64,000 nt of DNA from Elusimicrobia bacterium GWC2_61_19 (GCA_001799795.1 MGUD01000025.1:75414-139413); one strand, 5' to 3'. Numbered from the stretch's first letter, positions 37,098-47,231 are shown. The notes: generated by a model from the letters alone, not told the origin. Program-made: numbers and translations.

Positions 37098-39614
37098 TTA
37101 TTTTACGACAATGCTTACCAGCCGGCCGGGCACCACTATCACCTTGACTACGGTCTTGCCGGCGGTGTGCGCCGCGGCCGCTTCCAGCGCCAGGCGTTTT
37201 ATCTCTTCCTGCGGCGTAGTTTCCTTTACGGTCAGGCGGCTTTTTACTTTGCCGTTGACCTGCACGGGGATCTCTATGTCCCGCGTGGCTATAACGGACC
37301 TGTCCGCCAGCGGCCAGGCCTGTTTCATAAGCGTGCCCGTGCCGCCGGAAAGCTCCCAGAGTTCGTCGGTGATATGCGGCGCGAAAGGGTGCAGCAGGGA
37401 CAGGAAAGTGACGAAGTCCTCCCTGGAGGTTTCCTTCTGTTCCGTCAGGCGGTTGAGATAGACCATCAGCGCGGAGATGGCCGTGTTGAATTTGAGCGAC
37501 TCGATGTCGGAGCCGACCTTTTCTATGGTCTGGTGCCGCAGCAGCAGGTCCGCGCCGGAGGCTTTATCCCCGGTGAGGGCGGTGCGGCGCTCCAGGCCCC
37601 AGGCGTAGGCGCGCTTGATGAAGCGGTAGACGCCTTCTATGCCGCGCAGATTCCAGGGCTTGGTATCCTCAAGCGGGCCCAGGAACATCTCGTAAAGCCG
37701 GAAAGCGTCCGTGCCGTAGCGCTCCTGTATCTCGTCGGGGTTTATAACGTTCTTTTTGGACTTGGACATCTTCTCCACGACGGGCTTGAGCGTTTCGCCT
37801 TCGGGAGTTCTGGCCGAGCCGTCCTCGGCGATGTCGAGTTCCTTGTAGCCGCGGTAGGCGCCTTTGCCGTCGCGGTAGGCGTAGGCGAGTATCATGCCGG
37901 GGTGGACGAGTTTCTTGAAAGGTTCGTTCGTTGAGACCAGGCCCAGGTCGAACAGCACCTTGTGCCAGAAGCGGGCGTACAGCAGGTGCAGCACGGCGTG
38001 CTCCGAGCCGCCGATATAAAGGTCTACCGGCATCCAGGCCTTCTCCAGTTCCTTGTCGACGAAGGCGGACGTGTTTTTAGGGTCTATGAAGCGCAGGTAA
38101 TACCAGCAGGAGCCCGCCCATTGCGGCATAGTGTTGGTCTCGCGCTTTGCGGGGCCGCCGCAGGAGGGACACTTCGTGTTTACCCAGGAATCTATCGCGG
38201 CCAGCGGACTTTCTCCGGTGCCGGTGGGCTCGTACTTCTCCACCTCGGGCAGCAGCACCGGCAGTTCGCTCTCGGGCACCGGCACGGTGCCGCACTTGGG
38301 GCAATGCACCAACGGGAAGGGCTCGCCCCAGTAGCGCTGTCTGGCGAACAGCCAGTCGCGCAGTTTAAAATTCACCTTGGCGCGGCCTATGCTCTTCTCT
38401 TCCAGCCACTTGGTTATCTTCTTCTTCGCCTCGGGTGTGGGCAGGCCGTCTATGATGCCGGAATTTATCGAGGTGCCGTCGCCGCAGAAGGCGCCTTCGC
38501 CCTTCCAGTCGGCCGGGGCTTTCAGGACCTCTATTATCTTCAGGCCGAACTTCACGGCGAACTCGTGGTCGCGGTCGTCATGGGCCGGGACCGCCATGAT
38601 GGCGCCGGTGCCGTAGGTGGTCAGCACGTAGTCGGCGGTCCAGATGGGGAGCTTCTCCCCGTTGACCGGGTTGACGGCGTAAGCGCCGGTGAAGACGCCG
38701 GTCTTGTCCTTGGCCAGCTCGGTGCGCTCCAGGTCGGACTTATTGGCGGCGGCGGCCACGTAAGCCTCTACCGCGGCCTTCTGCGCCGGGGTGGACAGCT
38801 TGGCCGTCAGGGGATGTTCGGGCGCGAGCACCATGTACGTGGCGCCGTAAAGCGTATCGGGGCGGGTGGTGAAAACGGTGAGCTTTTCGCCGCCGGGCAG
38901 AGCGAAGTCCACTTCGGCGCCCTCGGAACGGCCTATCCAGTTCTTCTGCATAAGCCGGGTGGAATGCGGCCAATCGGTGCCTTCCAGGCCGTCCAGCAGG
39001 CGGTCGCCGTAGGCGGTGATCCTGAGCATCCACTGCGTGAGGGTCTTCTTCTCTATGGCTGTTTCGCAGCGGTCGCACTTGCCCTGGAAGACTTCCTCGT
39101 TGGCCAGGCCCGTCTTGCACTTGGGGCACCAGTTTATCGGTCTGGTGTCCTCATAGGCCAGGCCCTTCTTGAAAAGCTGCAGGAATACCCACTGCGTCCA
39201 CTTGTAATAGGCCGGGTCGGTGGTGCTTATTTCCCGGTCCCAGTCGTAGCTGAAGCCCAGGGATTCCAGCTGGCGTTTGTAATTGGCGCAATTCTTCTCC
39301 GTGGTCACGCGCGGGTGCACGCCGGTGCTGATGGCGTAGTTCTCCGCGGGCAGGCCGAAGGCGTCCCAGCCCATGGGGTGCAGCACTTCAAAACCTTTCA
39401 TGCGCTTGTAGCGGCACAGGATATCCGAGGCGGTATAGCCTTCCGGGTGGCCGACGTGCAGGCCTTCTCCGGAGGGGTAGGGGAACATGTCCAGGCAGTA
39501 AAATTTGGGTTTGCCGGGTTTGCGCTCGGTCTTGAACGCGGCCTGCTCCTTCCAGCGCGCCTGCTGCCGCGCGTCTATTTCCTGTAAAGTCCGGGCGTCT
39601 GTCTCGATGTTCAC
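37098..39614 (-). CDS. leuS: Leucine--tRNA ligase
   Basis: MFPYPSGEGLHVGH, editing domain YGTGAIMAVPAHD, KMSKS. Confidence 0.98.
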   Translation of the reverse strand: MNIETDARTLQEIDARQQARWKEQAAFKTERKPGKPKFYCLDMFPYPSGEGLHVGHPEGYTASDILCRYKRMKGFEVLHPMGWDAFGLPAENYAISTGVHPRVTTEKNCANYKRQLESLGFSYDWDREISTTDPAYYKWTQWVFLQLFKKGLAYEDTRPINWCPKCKTGLANEEVFQGKCDRCETAIEKKTLTQWMLRITAYGDRLLDGLEGTDWPHSTRLMQKNWIGRSEGAEVDFALPGGEKLTVFTTRPDTLYGATYMVLAPEHPLTAKLSTPAQKAAVEAYVAAAANKSDLERTELAKDKTGVFTGAYAVNPVNGEKLPIWTADYVLTTYGTGAIMAVPAHDDRDHEFAVKFGLKIIEVLKAPADWKGEGAFCGDGTSINSGIIDGLPTPEAKKKITKWLEEKSIGRAKVNFKLRDWLFARQRYWGEPFPLVHCPKCGTVPVPESELPVLLPEVEKYEPTGTGESPLAAIDSWVNTKCPSCGGPAKRETNTMPQWAGSCWYYLRFIDPKNTSAFVDKELEKAWMPVDLYIGGSEHAVLHLLYARFWHKVLFDLGLVSTNEPFKKLVHPGMILAYAYRDGKGAYRGYKELDIAEDGSARTPEGETLKPVVEKMSKSKKNVINPDEIQERYGTDAFRLYEMFLGPLEDTKPWNLRGIEGVYRFIKRAYAWGLERRTALTGDKASGADLLLRHQTIEKVGSDIESLKFNTAISALMVYLNRLTEQKETSREDFVTFLSLLHPFAPHITDELWELSGGTGTLMKQAWPLADRSVIATRDIEIPVQVNGKVKSRLTVKETTPQEEIKRLALEAAAAHTAGKTVVKVIVVPGRLVSIVVK

Positions 39615-40270
39615 TTTGAAGCCTCCGTGGTTTTGCCCTTTTTCCTATCGAAAATTATGCTGACGAGCCCTTTTGAGGTCTGCACCCTGTATTTGGCGGG
39701 GTTCGCGCCCTTCGGGACCGCCATCATGCGGGAGCGCCTTTTCATAAAGGACTCCGAGGTAACGCTGCCGTCGGGGTGCGTTATCCGCTGGCTCTCCTCG
39801 CGGTCATAATCCAGCTTTATGCGGGAGCGGTCGACGTTGATCTTCATGGAGTCGGCGGCGGACCCCGGGGTTTTAAGATCTACGGTCACGTGCTCGTCGT
39901 CGCGTACGACCGAGGGGGCTAGGTCGGCGGGCGCTAATTTGTCCGCTGCCCATTTGCCGTAGGCCCCGCTTACTTTTTTATTGTCGCCGCCCAGCTTGCT
40001 GTCTATGCGCCGTTGCGCCAGCTCCAGATCCCGGACGGGGTCCTCCGAGCCGGATAAGAAGGAATCGCCGAAAACGGGATCGAAGTCTTCGGCGGTGACC
40101 GGTTTGTCGGCCTGGATCTTGGCGTTTATCCGGCCCAGCCAGCCGTCTATGTTCTTTATCATGTCCTGGCTCAACTGCTCCGAGTCCTCGGGCTGCGGCT
40201 CCTGGCCGGCCTGCCCGGGTGCCGTCGTCAGGATAAACAATATGGCGAAGGCGAAGGACTTGTTATACAT
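39611..40270 (-). CDS. Exported protein with Hsp20/alpha-crystallin-like C-terminal domain
   Basis: Signal peptide; DDEHVTVDLKTPG…MKINVD…SRMMAVPKGANPAKYRVQTSKGLVSIIFDRK follows the alpha-crystallin pattern. Confidence 0.6.
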   Translation of the reverse strand: MYNKSFAFAILFILTTAPGQAGQEPQPEDSEQLSQDMIKNIDGWLGRINAKIQADKPVTAEDFDPVFGDSFLSGSEDPVRDLELAQRRIDSKLGGDNKKVSGAYGKWAADKLAPADLAPSVVRDDEHVTVDLKTPGSAADSMKINVDRSRIKLDYDREESQRITHPDGSVTSESFMKRRSRMMAVPKGANPAKYRVQTSKGLVSIIFDRKKGKTTEASK

Positions 40271-40333
40271 ATTTATCTTATTTTATCAAATAAGGAGGCG
40301 CCTTGGGGTGCGGGGGAGGCGGACGCGCCGCGC

Positions 40334-40756
40334 TCAGAGTTTCTTCAGGAGGGCGGCGGTTCTCTCGTTCATCCTGCGGCGCAGGGCGGGCGTCCTGTCG
40401 TCCATGCCGGCCAGGTGCAGGGCGCCGTGCGCGGTCAGTACCAGCAGTTCCGTAAGCAGGGAGTGTCCCATGGCTTTGGCCTGGCGCGCCGCCACCGGCA
40501 CGCAGACATAGACTTCACCCCAGCTGGCGCCCGGTAAGGGGGAAGGGGGGAAGTTGAAAGCTATCACGTCGGTGAGGCGGTCCTTGGCAAGGAAGCGGCG
40601 GTTGAGGGTCCTGATGCCCGTGCCGTCCGTGAGGACCAGGTTGACGGCTCTGGCGGCGTTGCGGCCCAGGCCCAGCGCCGCGGCTCTGGCCAGCAGGCGC
40701 CCGGCGGCTTTGACCGCGGGCGGCTGTTCGCCTTCGAAAAAAACGGATACGGGCAT
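40334..40756 (-). CDS. ybeY: rRNA maturation endoribonuclease YbeY
   Basis: LNRRF…TDVIAF, GEVYVC, HGALHLAGMD; downstream of phoH. Confidence 0.9.
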   Translation of the reverse strand: MPVSVFFEGEQPPAVKAAGRLLARAAALGLGRNAARAVNLVLTDGTGIRTLNRRFLAKDRLTDVIAFNFPPSPLPGASWGEVYVCVPVAARQAKAMGHSLLTELLVLTAHGALHLAGMDDRTPALRRRMNERTAALLKKL

Positions 40757-40757
40757 A

Positions 40758-41705
40758 TCAGGCGGCCTTCTCCCATTTTTCATAGGCGGCCAGGATGTCG
40801 CCCACCAGCGGGTGGCGCGCCACGTCCCCGGCCGAGAAAGTCACGAACTTCGCGCCCGCCACTTTTTTCAGGATCTCCCGCGCCAGGATAAGCCCGGAGC
40901 GGGCTTTGTCCGGCAGGTCGATCTGCGTGACGTCGCCCGTCACGACCATTTTGGAACCCATGCCCATGCGGGTCAGGAACATCTTCATCTGCTCCGGCAG
41001 GGTGTTCTGGGCTTCATCCAGGATTATGAAAGCGTTCTCGAGCGTGCGGCCGCGCATATAGGCCAGCGGCACCGTTTCTATTATCTCGTCGGCGCGCAGG
41101 GCGCGGAATTCCTCCGGGCCCAGCAGGGCGTAAAAAGCGTCGTAGAGCGGGCGCAGGTACGGGTTGACCTTGTCGGCGATGTCGCCGGGCAGGTAGCCCA
41201 GCTTCTCCCCGGCCTCCACTATGGGCCGGGTGAGGATTATGCGCTTTACCTCCTGCGCGCGCAGGGCGCGCAGGGCGCACACGGCGGCCAGGTAGGTTTT
41301 GCCGGTGCCGGCCGGCCCGATCCCTATCGTCAGGTCTCCGGCCAGTACGGCGTCCACGTATTTTTTCTGGTTATCGGTGCGGGGCTTGATTATTTCCCCG
41401 TAAGGGGTCCTGTAGAGCGCGCCTTCGGGCAGCGGCGGGGCCAGGCTGGGGCGGGCTTCCTCGCGGGGCAGGCGGGCGGCGTAAAATTCCTCGAGCGTGC
41501 CGCGCAGGCTCCGGACGGCCTTTTCCACCGCCGCCGGGGAGCCCTTCAGCGTCAGGTCCGCGCATTCGATCTCCGGATGGTGGCGCACGAAGACCTGGAC
41601 CTTCAGGCCGCGCTCGAGGGCTTTAATGTCCGCGTCCTCGCCGCCCAGTATCAAGAGGATCTCTTCCCTGCTCTTCAGTCTGAACTTTTTTCCGGTCATT
41701 GCCAC
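40758..41705 (-). CDS. phoH: PhoH-like ATPase
   Basis: GPAGTGKT, LTRPIVEAGEKLGYLPG, MRGRT, DEAQN. Confidence 0.95.
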   Translation of the reverse strand: MAMTGKKFRLKSREEILLILGGEDADIKALERGLKVQVFVRHHPEIECADLTLKGSPAAVEKAVRSLRGTLEEFYAARLPREEARPSLAPPLPEGALYRTPYGEIIKPRTDNQKKYVDAVLAGDLTIGIGPAGTGKTYLAAVCALRALRAQEVKRIILTRPIVEAGEKLGYLPGDIADKVNPYLRPLYDAFYALLGPEEFRALRADEIIETVPLAYMRGRTLENAFIILDEAQNTLPEQMKMFLTRMGMGSKMVVTGDVTQIDLPDKARSGLILAREILKKVAGAKFVTFSAGDVARHPLVGDILAAYEKWEKAA

Positions 41706-42904
41706 TTTGAAATGCCGCGGGGGATAACCACTATGCCGTCGGGGTCTATGTAATAATGCTGGGCGTCCTGGTCCTGGTTGTAGCCGATGGTGGTCTTGGC
41801 CTCTATGGTGTTATGCCGGTCCATGATGACCTTCTTAAGGCGCGAGCCGGCCTTTATTTCGCAGGCGTCCATTATTATGCAGTCCTCGAGCTGGCATTTC
41901 TCGTGGACTATCACGTCGTTGGCCAGGATGCAGCGCTTCAGAGAGGACTGGCTTATGACGCAGCCGTCGCAGACCATGCAGTCCTGCAGGTTGGATTCGA
42001 TGATCTTGGTGGGGGCGGCGGTGTGGCGGGAATCCTGGATGGGCCAGAGCTTGTTGTTCAGGTCCATCTTGGGCTTGGCGCCCAGCAGGTCCATGTTGGT
42101 CTGCCAGAAAGCTTCCAGCGTGCCCACGTCGCGCCAGTAGTTCTTTTCCTCGTAAGGTTTGCTGCCGGGCAGGACCTGCCCGTCGAAGTTATAGGCGAAG
42201 ACCCGGTAGCGCTTGAGAATGTTGGGCAGGATGGTCTTGCCGAAGTCCAGCGCGGCGGTCTCCCCGGATTCCTCGTGAAGGATCTTCACCAGGGCTTCAT
42301 AGCTGAAGATGTAGTTGCCCATCGAGGCCAGGACGGCGTTGGGGTTGCCGGGCATGGGCTTGGGATTCTTCGGTTTTTCCTCGAAGCCGGTGATGCGGTT
42401 CTTGGCGTCCACCACCACGGTGCCGAAGCGGGAGGCCTGCTTCAAGGGGACGGTGAGGGCGGAGACCGTCACGTCCGCTTTGCTGGCCACGTGGAAATCT
42501 ATCATCTGGCGGATGTCCATGCGGTAGATGTGGTCCGCGCCGAAAATGGCTACTAGGTCGGGCTTGTAGTCGTTGATAAGGTTCAGGTTCTGCTTGACGG
42601 CGTCGGCGGTGCCGCGGTACCACATTTCGCCCAGGCGCATCTGCGGGGGGACCACGGTGATGAAGTGCTCCTTGGTGATGCCGCCCAGGTTCCAGGTGGA
42701 GCGGAGGTATTCTATAAGGGACTGCGACATGTACTGCACCAGCACGTAGTTGGAGTAGATGCCGGAGTTGATGAAGTTGGACAGCACGAAGTCGATGATG
42801 CGGTATTTGCCGCCGAACGGTACGGCGGGCTTCGAGCGCTCTTTTGTGAGCGGGTAAAGCCTTTCGCCCTTGCCGCCCGCCATGATGATGCCTATTGTTT
42901 TCAT
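41696..42904 (-). CDS. glgC: Glucose-1-phosphate adenylyltransferase
   Basis: AGGKGERLYPLT, KPAVPFGG, GTADAV, DHIYRMD, YWRDVGT. Confidence 0.96.
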   Translation of the reverse strand: MKTIGIIMAGGKGERLYPLTKERSKPAVPFGGKYRIIDFVLSNFINSGIYSNYVLVQYMSQSLIEYLRSTWNLGGITKEHFITVVPPQMRLGEMWYRGTADAVKQNLNLINDYKPDLVAIFGADHIYRMDIRQMIDFHVASKADVTVSALTVPLKQASRFGTVVVDAKNRITGFEEKPKNPKPMPGNPNAVLASMGNYIFSYEALVKILHEESGETAALDFGKTILPNILKRYRVFAYNFDGQVLPGSKPYEEKNYWRDVGTLEAFWQTNMDLLGAKPKMDLNNKLWPIQDSRHTAAPTKIIESNLQDCMVCDGCVISQSSLKRCILANDVIVHEKCQLEDCIIMDACEIKAGSRLKKVIMDRHNTIEAKTTIGYNQDQDAQHYYIDPDGIVVIPRGISKWQ

Positions 42905-42927
42905 GTCGAAACCCCTTTTCCGCAAGT

Positions 42928-43629
42928 TCAGCTTATCGCGTCCAGTATCTCCCTGAGGTCGCGCCCGAGGCACAGGAACACCGGTTTGTCCACGGCCGTG
43001 TAATTCTTGATGCGCTGCTGGCGGAGTTCCTGCGTGGCCCCTATCAGGTCCTCCAGCGCCTTGGCTTCCCTGGCCACTATGATCTCCTGCTCGTCCAGGC
43101 CGTAGGAGAGGAAGAAGTTCTCGTGGATATCGTGGTACTTGTCCGCAACTATTTTGCGTTCCGACATCAGTTTTGCCCGCTCGGTCTCGGAGAGTTCGTA
43201 CCAGGTATGGGCCTTTACCACCGGGTGCAGCAGCATGTAGCGGTAGCGGCCGAAAGTGTCTTTGGGCAGGAAGCCGAACTCCAGTTCCTTTTTAGGCGCC
43301 GCCGCGTCGGCCGGGTTGTGGACCCCGAGGAAGGAATGGACCGGGGTCAGGTACCTGCCGGCGCCCGTGGAGAAAGTGCGCGCGCAGATCTCCTGCAGGT
43401 AGGCCAGGTCGTCGGACATGCGCCAGAAGAGGATGTCGGAGTCGGAACGGAGCCCGGAGACCATGTAGGTGCGCAGGAAGACCTTCTCCTGGCAGGAGCC
43501 GACCATGTTCTCGAATTCCTGTTTGGCGGCTATCTTCTCGTTGGAGATCAGCCGGCGGAACTCCGGCTGCAGCTTCACGAACATGAAACTGGAATAGATG
43601 TTAGCGGATCTTTTTTGTTTTTCCATCAT
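42928..43629 (-). CDS. Chlorite dismutase/coproheme decarboxylase-family protein, heme-ligand His apparently absent
   Basis: GLRSDSDILFW, WYELSETERAKLMSE, SYGLDEQE family pattern. Confidence 0.75.
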   Translation of the reverse strand: MMEKQKRSANIYSSFMFVKLQPEFRRLISNEKIAAKQEFENMVGSCQEKVFLRTYMVSGLRSDSDILFWRMSDDLAYLQEICARTFSTGAGRYLTPVHSFLGVHNPADAAAPKKELEFGFLPKDTFGRYRYMLLHPVVKAHTWYELSETERAKLMSERKIVADKYHDIHENFFLSYGLDEQEIIVAREAKALEDLIGATQELRQQRIKNYTAVDKPVFLCLGRDLREILDAIS

Positions 43630-44542
43630 TGTCCTCCGAAAGCGGGGAGACAGGGGCCAGGTACACGGAGGTGCGGTCCAGGACCTCCAGCTCCGCCGCG
43701 GTTTCAAGCCCGGTCTTTATTTCCGTGATAAGGAATCTGCGGCCGCCCGTCTCGAGAATATCGCCGCGCGGGACGAGCATGGCGCCGCCGCTCCGCCCCA
43801 CGGTCAGGACGCCGTTGAACTGCTCGCCTATCTTGATGCCGGTTTTAATGTCGGTCACTTCCAGCCACAGGCGGCTGAACAGCGGGGAGCCTTTGAGGGG
43901 GACATAGTCGGTCAGGACGGTCTTGAACTTGCTGTCCGGGTCCCGCGCGTATTCTATCTCCGCGGTCAGGCCGCGGCTGAGTTTAGAATAAAGCGGTTCC
44001 GTGTTCTTCCCTATCACCACCACCTTCCTGGCCACCGTGAAAAGGCGGTCGCCCTTCAGGACGCTGGTCTTGGGCGAGACGTAGATGTTGGTCAGGATGC
44101 CCTGTGTTTCCGGTGTGACGTCGAAGAACTTGTAGACCTCCTGCCAGCGGCGTTCGGTCTGTTTGCGCTCCTCCTCGCTGGAGGAATCGAGCAGGGCGGC
44201 CATTTCGGTGGACACCATGCGGGATATCACGGTCTTCGGCGTGACGAAGTCGAAGAGGTCCGATTGCAGGTATTCCACGCGGCCGTCGAACGCGGCGAAG
44301 ATGTCGTAGGTGTCCTGGGCGGTGGTGATGCCGGTAACGGGGGTATTAACCTCTATCAGGCCGGTCTTGATGTTCTTCGGGAAGGTATTGTCCAGCGGTA
44401 CCCAGTTGCCGGCGGGGGCCGCGGTCCGGGCGTTCGCCGCCGGAAGGGACTGCTGTTTCGCGGCGGCTTTAGCAGCCGGTTCTCCGCCGTGCGCAGAAAC
44501 GGCGATCAGCAGCGCGGCCGCGCTAAGCAGGTTTCTTTTCAT
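43601..44542 (-). CDS. Exported membrane-fusion (RND adaptor-like) protein
   Basis: Signal peptide; split lipoyl-like motifs (AAFDGRVE; GILTNIYV…KGDRLFTV); VPRGDI, IKTGL. Confidence 0.6.
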   Translation of the reverse strand: MKRNLLSAAALLIAVSAHGGEPAAKAAAKQQSLPAANARTAAPAGNWVPLDNTFPKNIKTGLIEVNTPVTGITTAQDTYDIFAAFDGRVEYLQSDLFDFVTPKTVISRMVSTEMAALLDSSSEEERKQTERRWQEVYKFFDVTPETQGILTNIYVSPKTSVLKGDRLFTVARKVVVIGKNTEPLYSKLSRGLTAEIEYARDPDSKFKTVLTDYVPLKGSPLFSRLWLEVTDIKTGIKIGEQFNGVLTVGRSGGAMLVPRGDILETGGRRFLITEIKTGLETAAELEVLDRTSVYLAPVSPLSEDNDGKTKKIR

Positions 44543-45221
44543 GGAGTTTCGCGTAGGCTTCCCAGGTCCAGGGCATTTTTTCACGGAAGATCTCCTGTAT
44601 GGCGTCGGCGTACCGGCGGATCTCGTACTGGGCGTGGGCGTCCGCCCGGAGGTCGATGAAGTTAAGCAGGCTGCGGGCGTTTATGGTCCAGTGGAACTGC
44701 GTATACTGCGCCACCGGCAGCACCATGCGGGCCATTTCCCTGGCGGCGCCCGCCTCAAGGAGTTCCTGGTAGGCGGCGTAGGACGCCTTTATGGCCTTGT
44801 CGTAGGCGGCCAGCATTTTTTCCTGGTCCAGCGCGCCGGAACGTACCGAGCCCTGCCTGTTTATCCTGTCCTGCACCCGGAAGGCTTCGGGATAGTAAAA
44901 TTCGTCGGACACTTCGGTGTACCTGGCGGAGATCTCGTTGTAGGAGGCGATGCGGTGCCGCATCCACTGCCGCGCCACGAAAATGGGGCATTTGACGTGG
45001 AACTGGAACACCGAGTGTTCGAAGGGGCTGAAGTGCGCGTTGGCGAGCAGGTACTCTATGAGTTTTCTGTCCTGCACCTCGCCTTTGGAGACGGAGCCGA
45101 ACGAGACCCTGGCGGAATCCACCGCGCGCTGGTCCCCCCCCATGAATTCGATGAGTTTTATAAAACCCTTGTCGAGGACCTTGTAAAGGCCCTTTTCCTG
45201 TTTCAGCGTGGTATCAGCCAT
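44523..45221 (-). CDS. thyX: FAD-dependent thymidylate synthase
   Basis: HFSPFEH, RQWMRHRIASYNEISARY, HAQYEIR. Confidence 0.96.
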   Translation of the reverse strand: MADTTLKQEKGLYKVLDKGFIKLIEFMGGDQRAVDSARVSFGSVSKGEVQDRKLIEYLLANAHFSPFEHSVFQFHVKCPIFVARQWMRHRIASYNEISARYTEVSDEFYYPEAFRVQDRINRQGSVRSGALDQEKMLAAYDKAIKASYAAYQELLEAGAAREMARMVLPVAQYTQFHWTINARSLLNFIDLRADAHAQYEIRRYADAIQEIFREKMPWTWEAYAKLHEKKPA

Positions 45222-45303
45222 GTTCCCTCCGCAGCGGGTATACGTAAAATTGTTTGGAAAGCTTCGGTAAAATTATATACTTTTAAAAGTATTATTAAAA
45301 GGC

Positions 45304-45744
45304 ATGAAGATGAAAAAGATCACGAAGCGCGCCGCCGCCGGGCTTGCCCGCAGCCCCAGCCTGGCTGCCCTGGCCAGGATCATGAAGGTCCTGCTCTCCC
45401 CGGGCGGCTGCCCGTGGGACCGCAAACAGACCCACGCTACCCTGCTGAAATATCTGCATGAGGAGGCCGGCGAGGTCGGCCGGGCCGTGCGGAAAAAAGA
45501 CTGGCCCAACCTCCGCGAGGAGCTGGGCGACGTACTGCTGCAGGTGGTCTTCCACAGCGCCCTGGCGGAGCGCGACGGCCGGTTCACGCTGGCCGACGTT
45601 ATCAGGACCATTAACGCCAAGATGGTGCGGCGGCACCCGCACGTTTTCGGCGGCGGCAAACTCTCCACGCCGGCGCAGGTGCTGCGCCAGTGGAAGAAAA
45701 TAAAACTTAACGAAAAGGCGGCCGCCCGCAAGAGGAAGAACTGA
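45304..45744 (+). CDS. mazG: Single-domain MazG nucleoside triphosphate pyrophosphohydrolase
   Basis: GGCPWDRKQT, EELGDVLLQVVFH, RRHPHVF. Confidence 0.9.
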   Translation: MKMKKITKRAAAGLARSPSLAALARIMKVLLSPGGCPWDRKQTHATLLKYLHEEAGEVGRAVRKKDWPNLREELGDVLLQVVFHSALAERDGRFTLADVIRTINAKMVRRHPHVFGGGKLSTPAQVLRQWKKIKLNEKAAARKRKN

Positions 45745-45748
45745 ATTT

Positions 45749-47230
45749 ATGAACGAAACAGCCGCCTTTGAACAGATAACGGGACTTCTGCCCGTCGACT
45801 ACGCCATTCTGGGGATAGCCGTGGCCGCCCTCTTCGTGATCTCCTACTTTAAAGGCCGCGGAGAAACCGATACCAAGGATTATTTCCTGGGCAGCCGCAA
45901 AACCCCGGTGTGGGTAGCCACTCTCTCCTTCGTGGCCACCGAGATAAGCGCCATGACCATCGTGGGCATTCCGCCCATCGGCTTTACCGAGAACTGGCAG
46001 TACATGCAGTTCTTCATCGGGTCGGCCCTGGCCCGCATACTGATAGCCTTCTTCTTCATCCCGGCTTTCTACAGGTTCAACTGCACCACCATCTACGAGT
46101 TCCTGAAGCACCGCTTCGGCGCCCAGACGCAGTACGCCGGCTCGGCGTTCTTTTTCTTCACCAGGCTTTTCGCGTCGGGCGTGCGGCTGTACGCCGCGTC
46201 GCTGGCGGTGTCGGTCATAATGGGCTGGCCGCTGGCCAACACCATAGGTTTCTTTACGGTCATCAGCATCGTTTTCATAGGTTTCGGCGGCATCAAGGCC
46301 GTGATGTGGACCGGCACTTTCGAGACGATAACTTTCTACCTGGCCGGCGGCGCCGTGGCCGCCTACCTGGTGCTGCACATAAACGGCGGGCTGGCCGGCG
46401 CCTGGCATGTGGCGAGCGAGGCGGGAAAACTTTCCATCTTCAACTTCGGCTGGGACCTGAAGAACCCGAACGTGCTCTGGGCCGCGGTGCTTAACGGCGT
46501 ATTCGGCTCCATGGCCTCCTTCGGCACGGACCAGGAACTGATGCAGCGGCTGCTGACCCTGGAGACGCGGCGCGAAAGCCAGAAAACCCTGATAGCGACC
46601 ATCTTCGCCAGCGTCCCGCTGACCGCGCTTTACCTCGGGATCGGCACGCTGCTGTTCGTGTTTTACAAGCAGAACCCGGCCATGGCCCTGCCGGCCAACG
46701 CCGACAAGATACTGTCTCACTTCACCATCTACGTGCTGCCCGCTGGCATAAAAGGTCTGGTGCTGGCGGCGGTGGTGCTGGCCAGCATAGACTCGCCGCT
46801 GAGTTCCCTGTCCTCGTCGTTCATAACGGATATTTACCGGCCGCTGATAGTGAAAGGGGCGGATGAGAAGCATTATCTTTTTGTCTCGCGGCTAAGCGTG
46901 GCGGCCTTCGGGCTGCTGCTGGCGGGGATAGCGTGGCTGTGCGCGGCCGGGTCCGGGCGCATGCTCTGGCTGGCCTTTAAGGTTAACGGGGTTACCGCCG
47001 GCAGCCTGCTGGGCGTCTTCCTGCTGGGGCTTGCCACAAAGCGTGTCGGCAACCGCGGGAACGTGGCGGCCATGCTGATCAGCGCGTCGATGGCAGGCGT
47101 GGTGCTTTATCTGTCGGAAAAAGGGCTGGCGCCCATAGGCTGGAGCTGGATAATAGTGATAGGCACGGTTTCCACCTTCTCGCTGGGCTGGCTGTTCGGC
47201 CGCCCGCCCGAAGTGAAAACCGGGCAATAA
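45749..47230 (+). CDS. Sodium:solute symporter (SSS family)
   Basis: DYFLGSR, ATEISAMT, GGIKAVMWT, GTDQELMQR; about 13 TMs. Confidence 0.92.
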   Translation: MNETAAFEQITGLLPVDYAILGIAVAALFVISYFKGRGETDTKDYFLGSRKTPVWVATLSFVATEISAMTIVGIPPIGFTENWQYMQFFIGSALARILIAFFFIPAFYRFNCTTIYEFLKHRFGAQTQYAGSAFFFFTRLFASGVRLYAASLAVSVIMGWPLANTIGFFTVISIVFIGFGGIKAVMWTGTFETITFYLAGGAVAAYLVLHINGGLAGAWHVASEAGKLSIFNFGWDLKNPNVLWAAVLNGVFGSMASFGTDQELMQRLLTLETRRESQKTLIATIFASVPLTALYLGIGTLLFVFYKQNPAMALPANADKILSHFTIYVLPAGIKGLVLAAVVLASIDSPLSSLSSSFITDIYRPLIVKGADEKHYLFVSRLSVAAFGLLLAGIAWLCAAGSGRMLWLAFKVNGVTAGSLLGVFLLGLATKRVGNRGNVAAMLISASMAGVVLYLSEKGLAPIGWSWIIVIGTVSTFSLGWLFGRPPEVKTGQ

Positions 47231-47231
47231 T

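Noticed and set aside
40334-40756. YbeY third zinc ligand reads Asp (HGALHLAGMDD)
   Set aside because: His-to-Asp is still a metal ligand and such variants are not unusual
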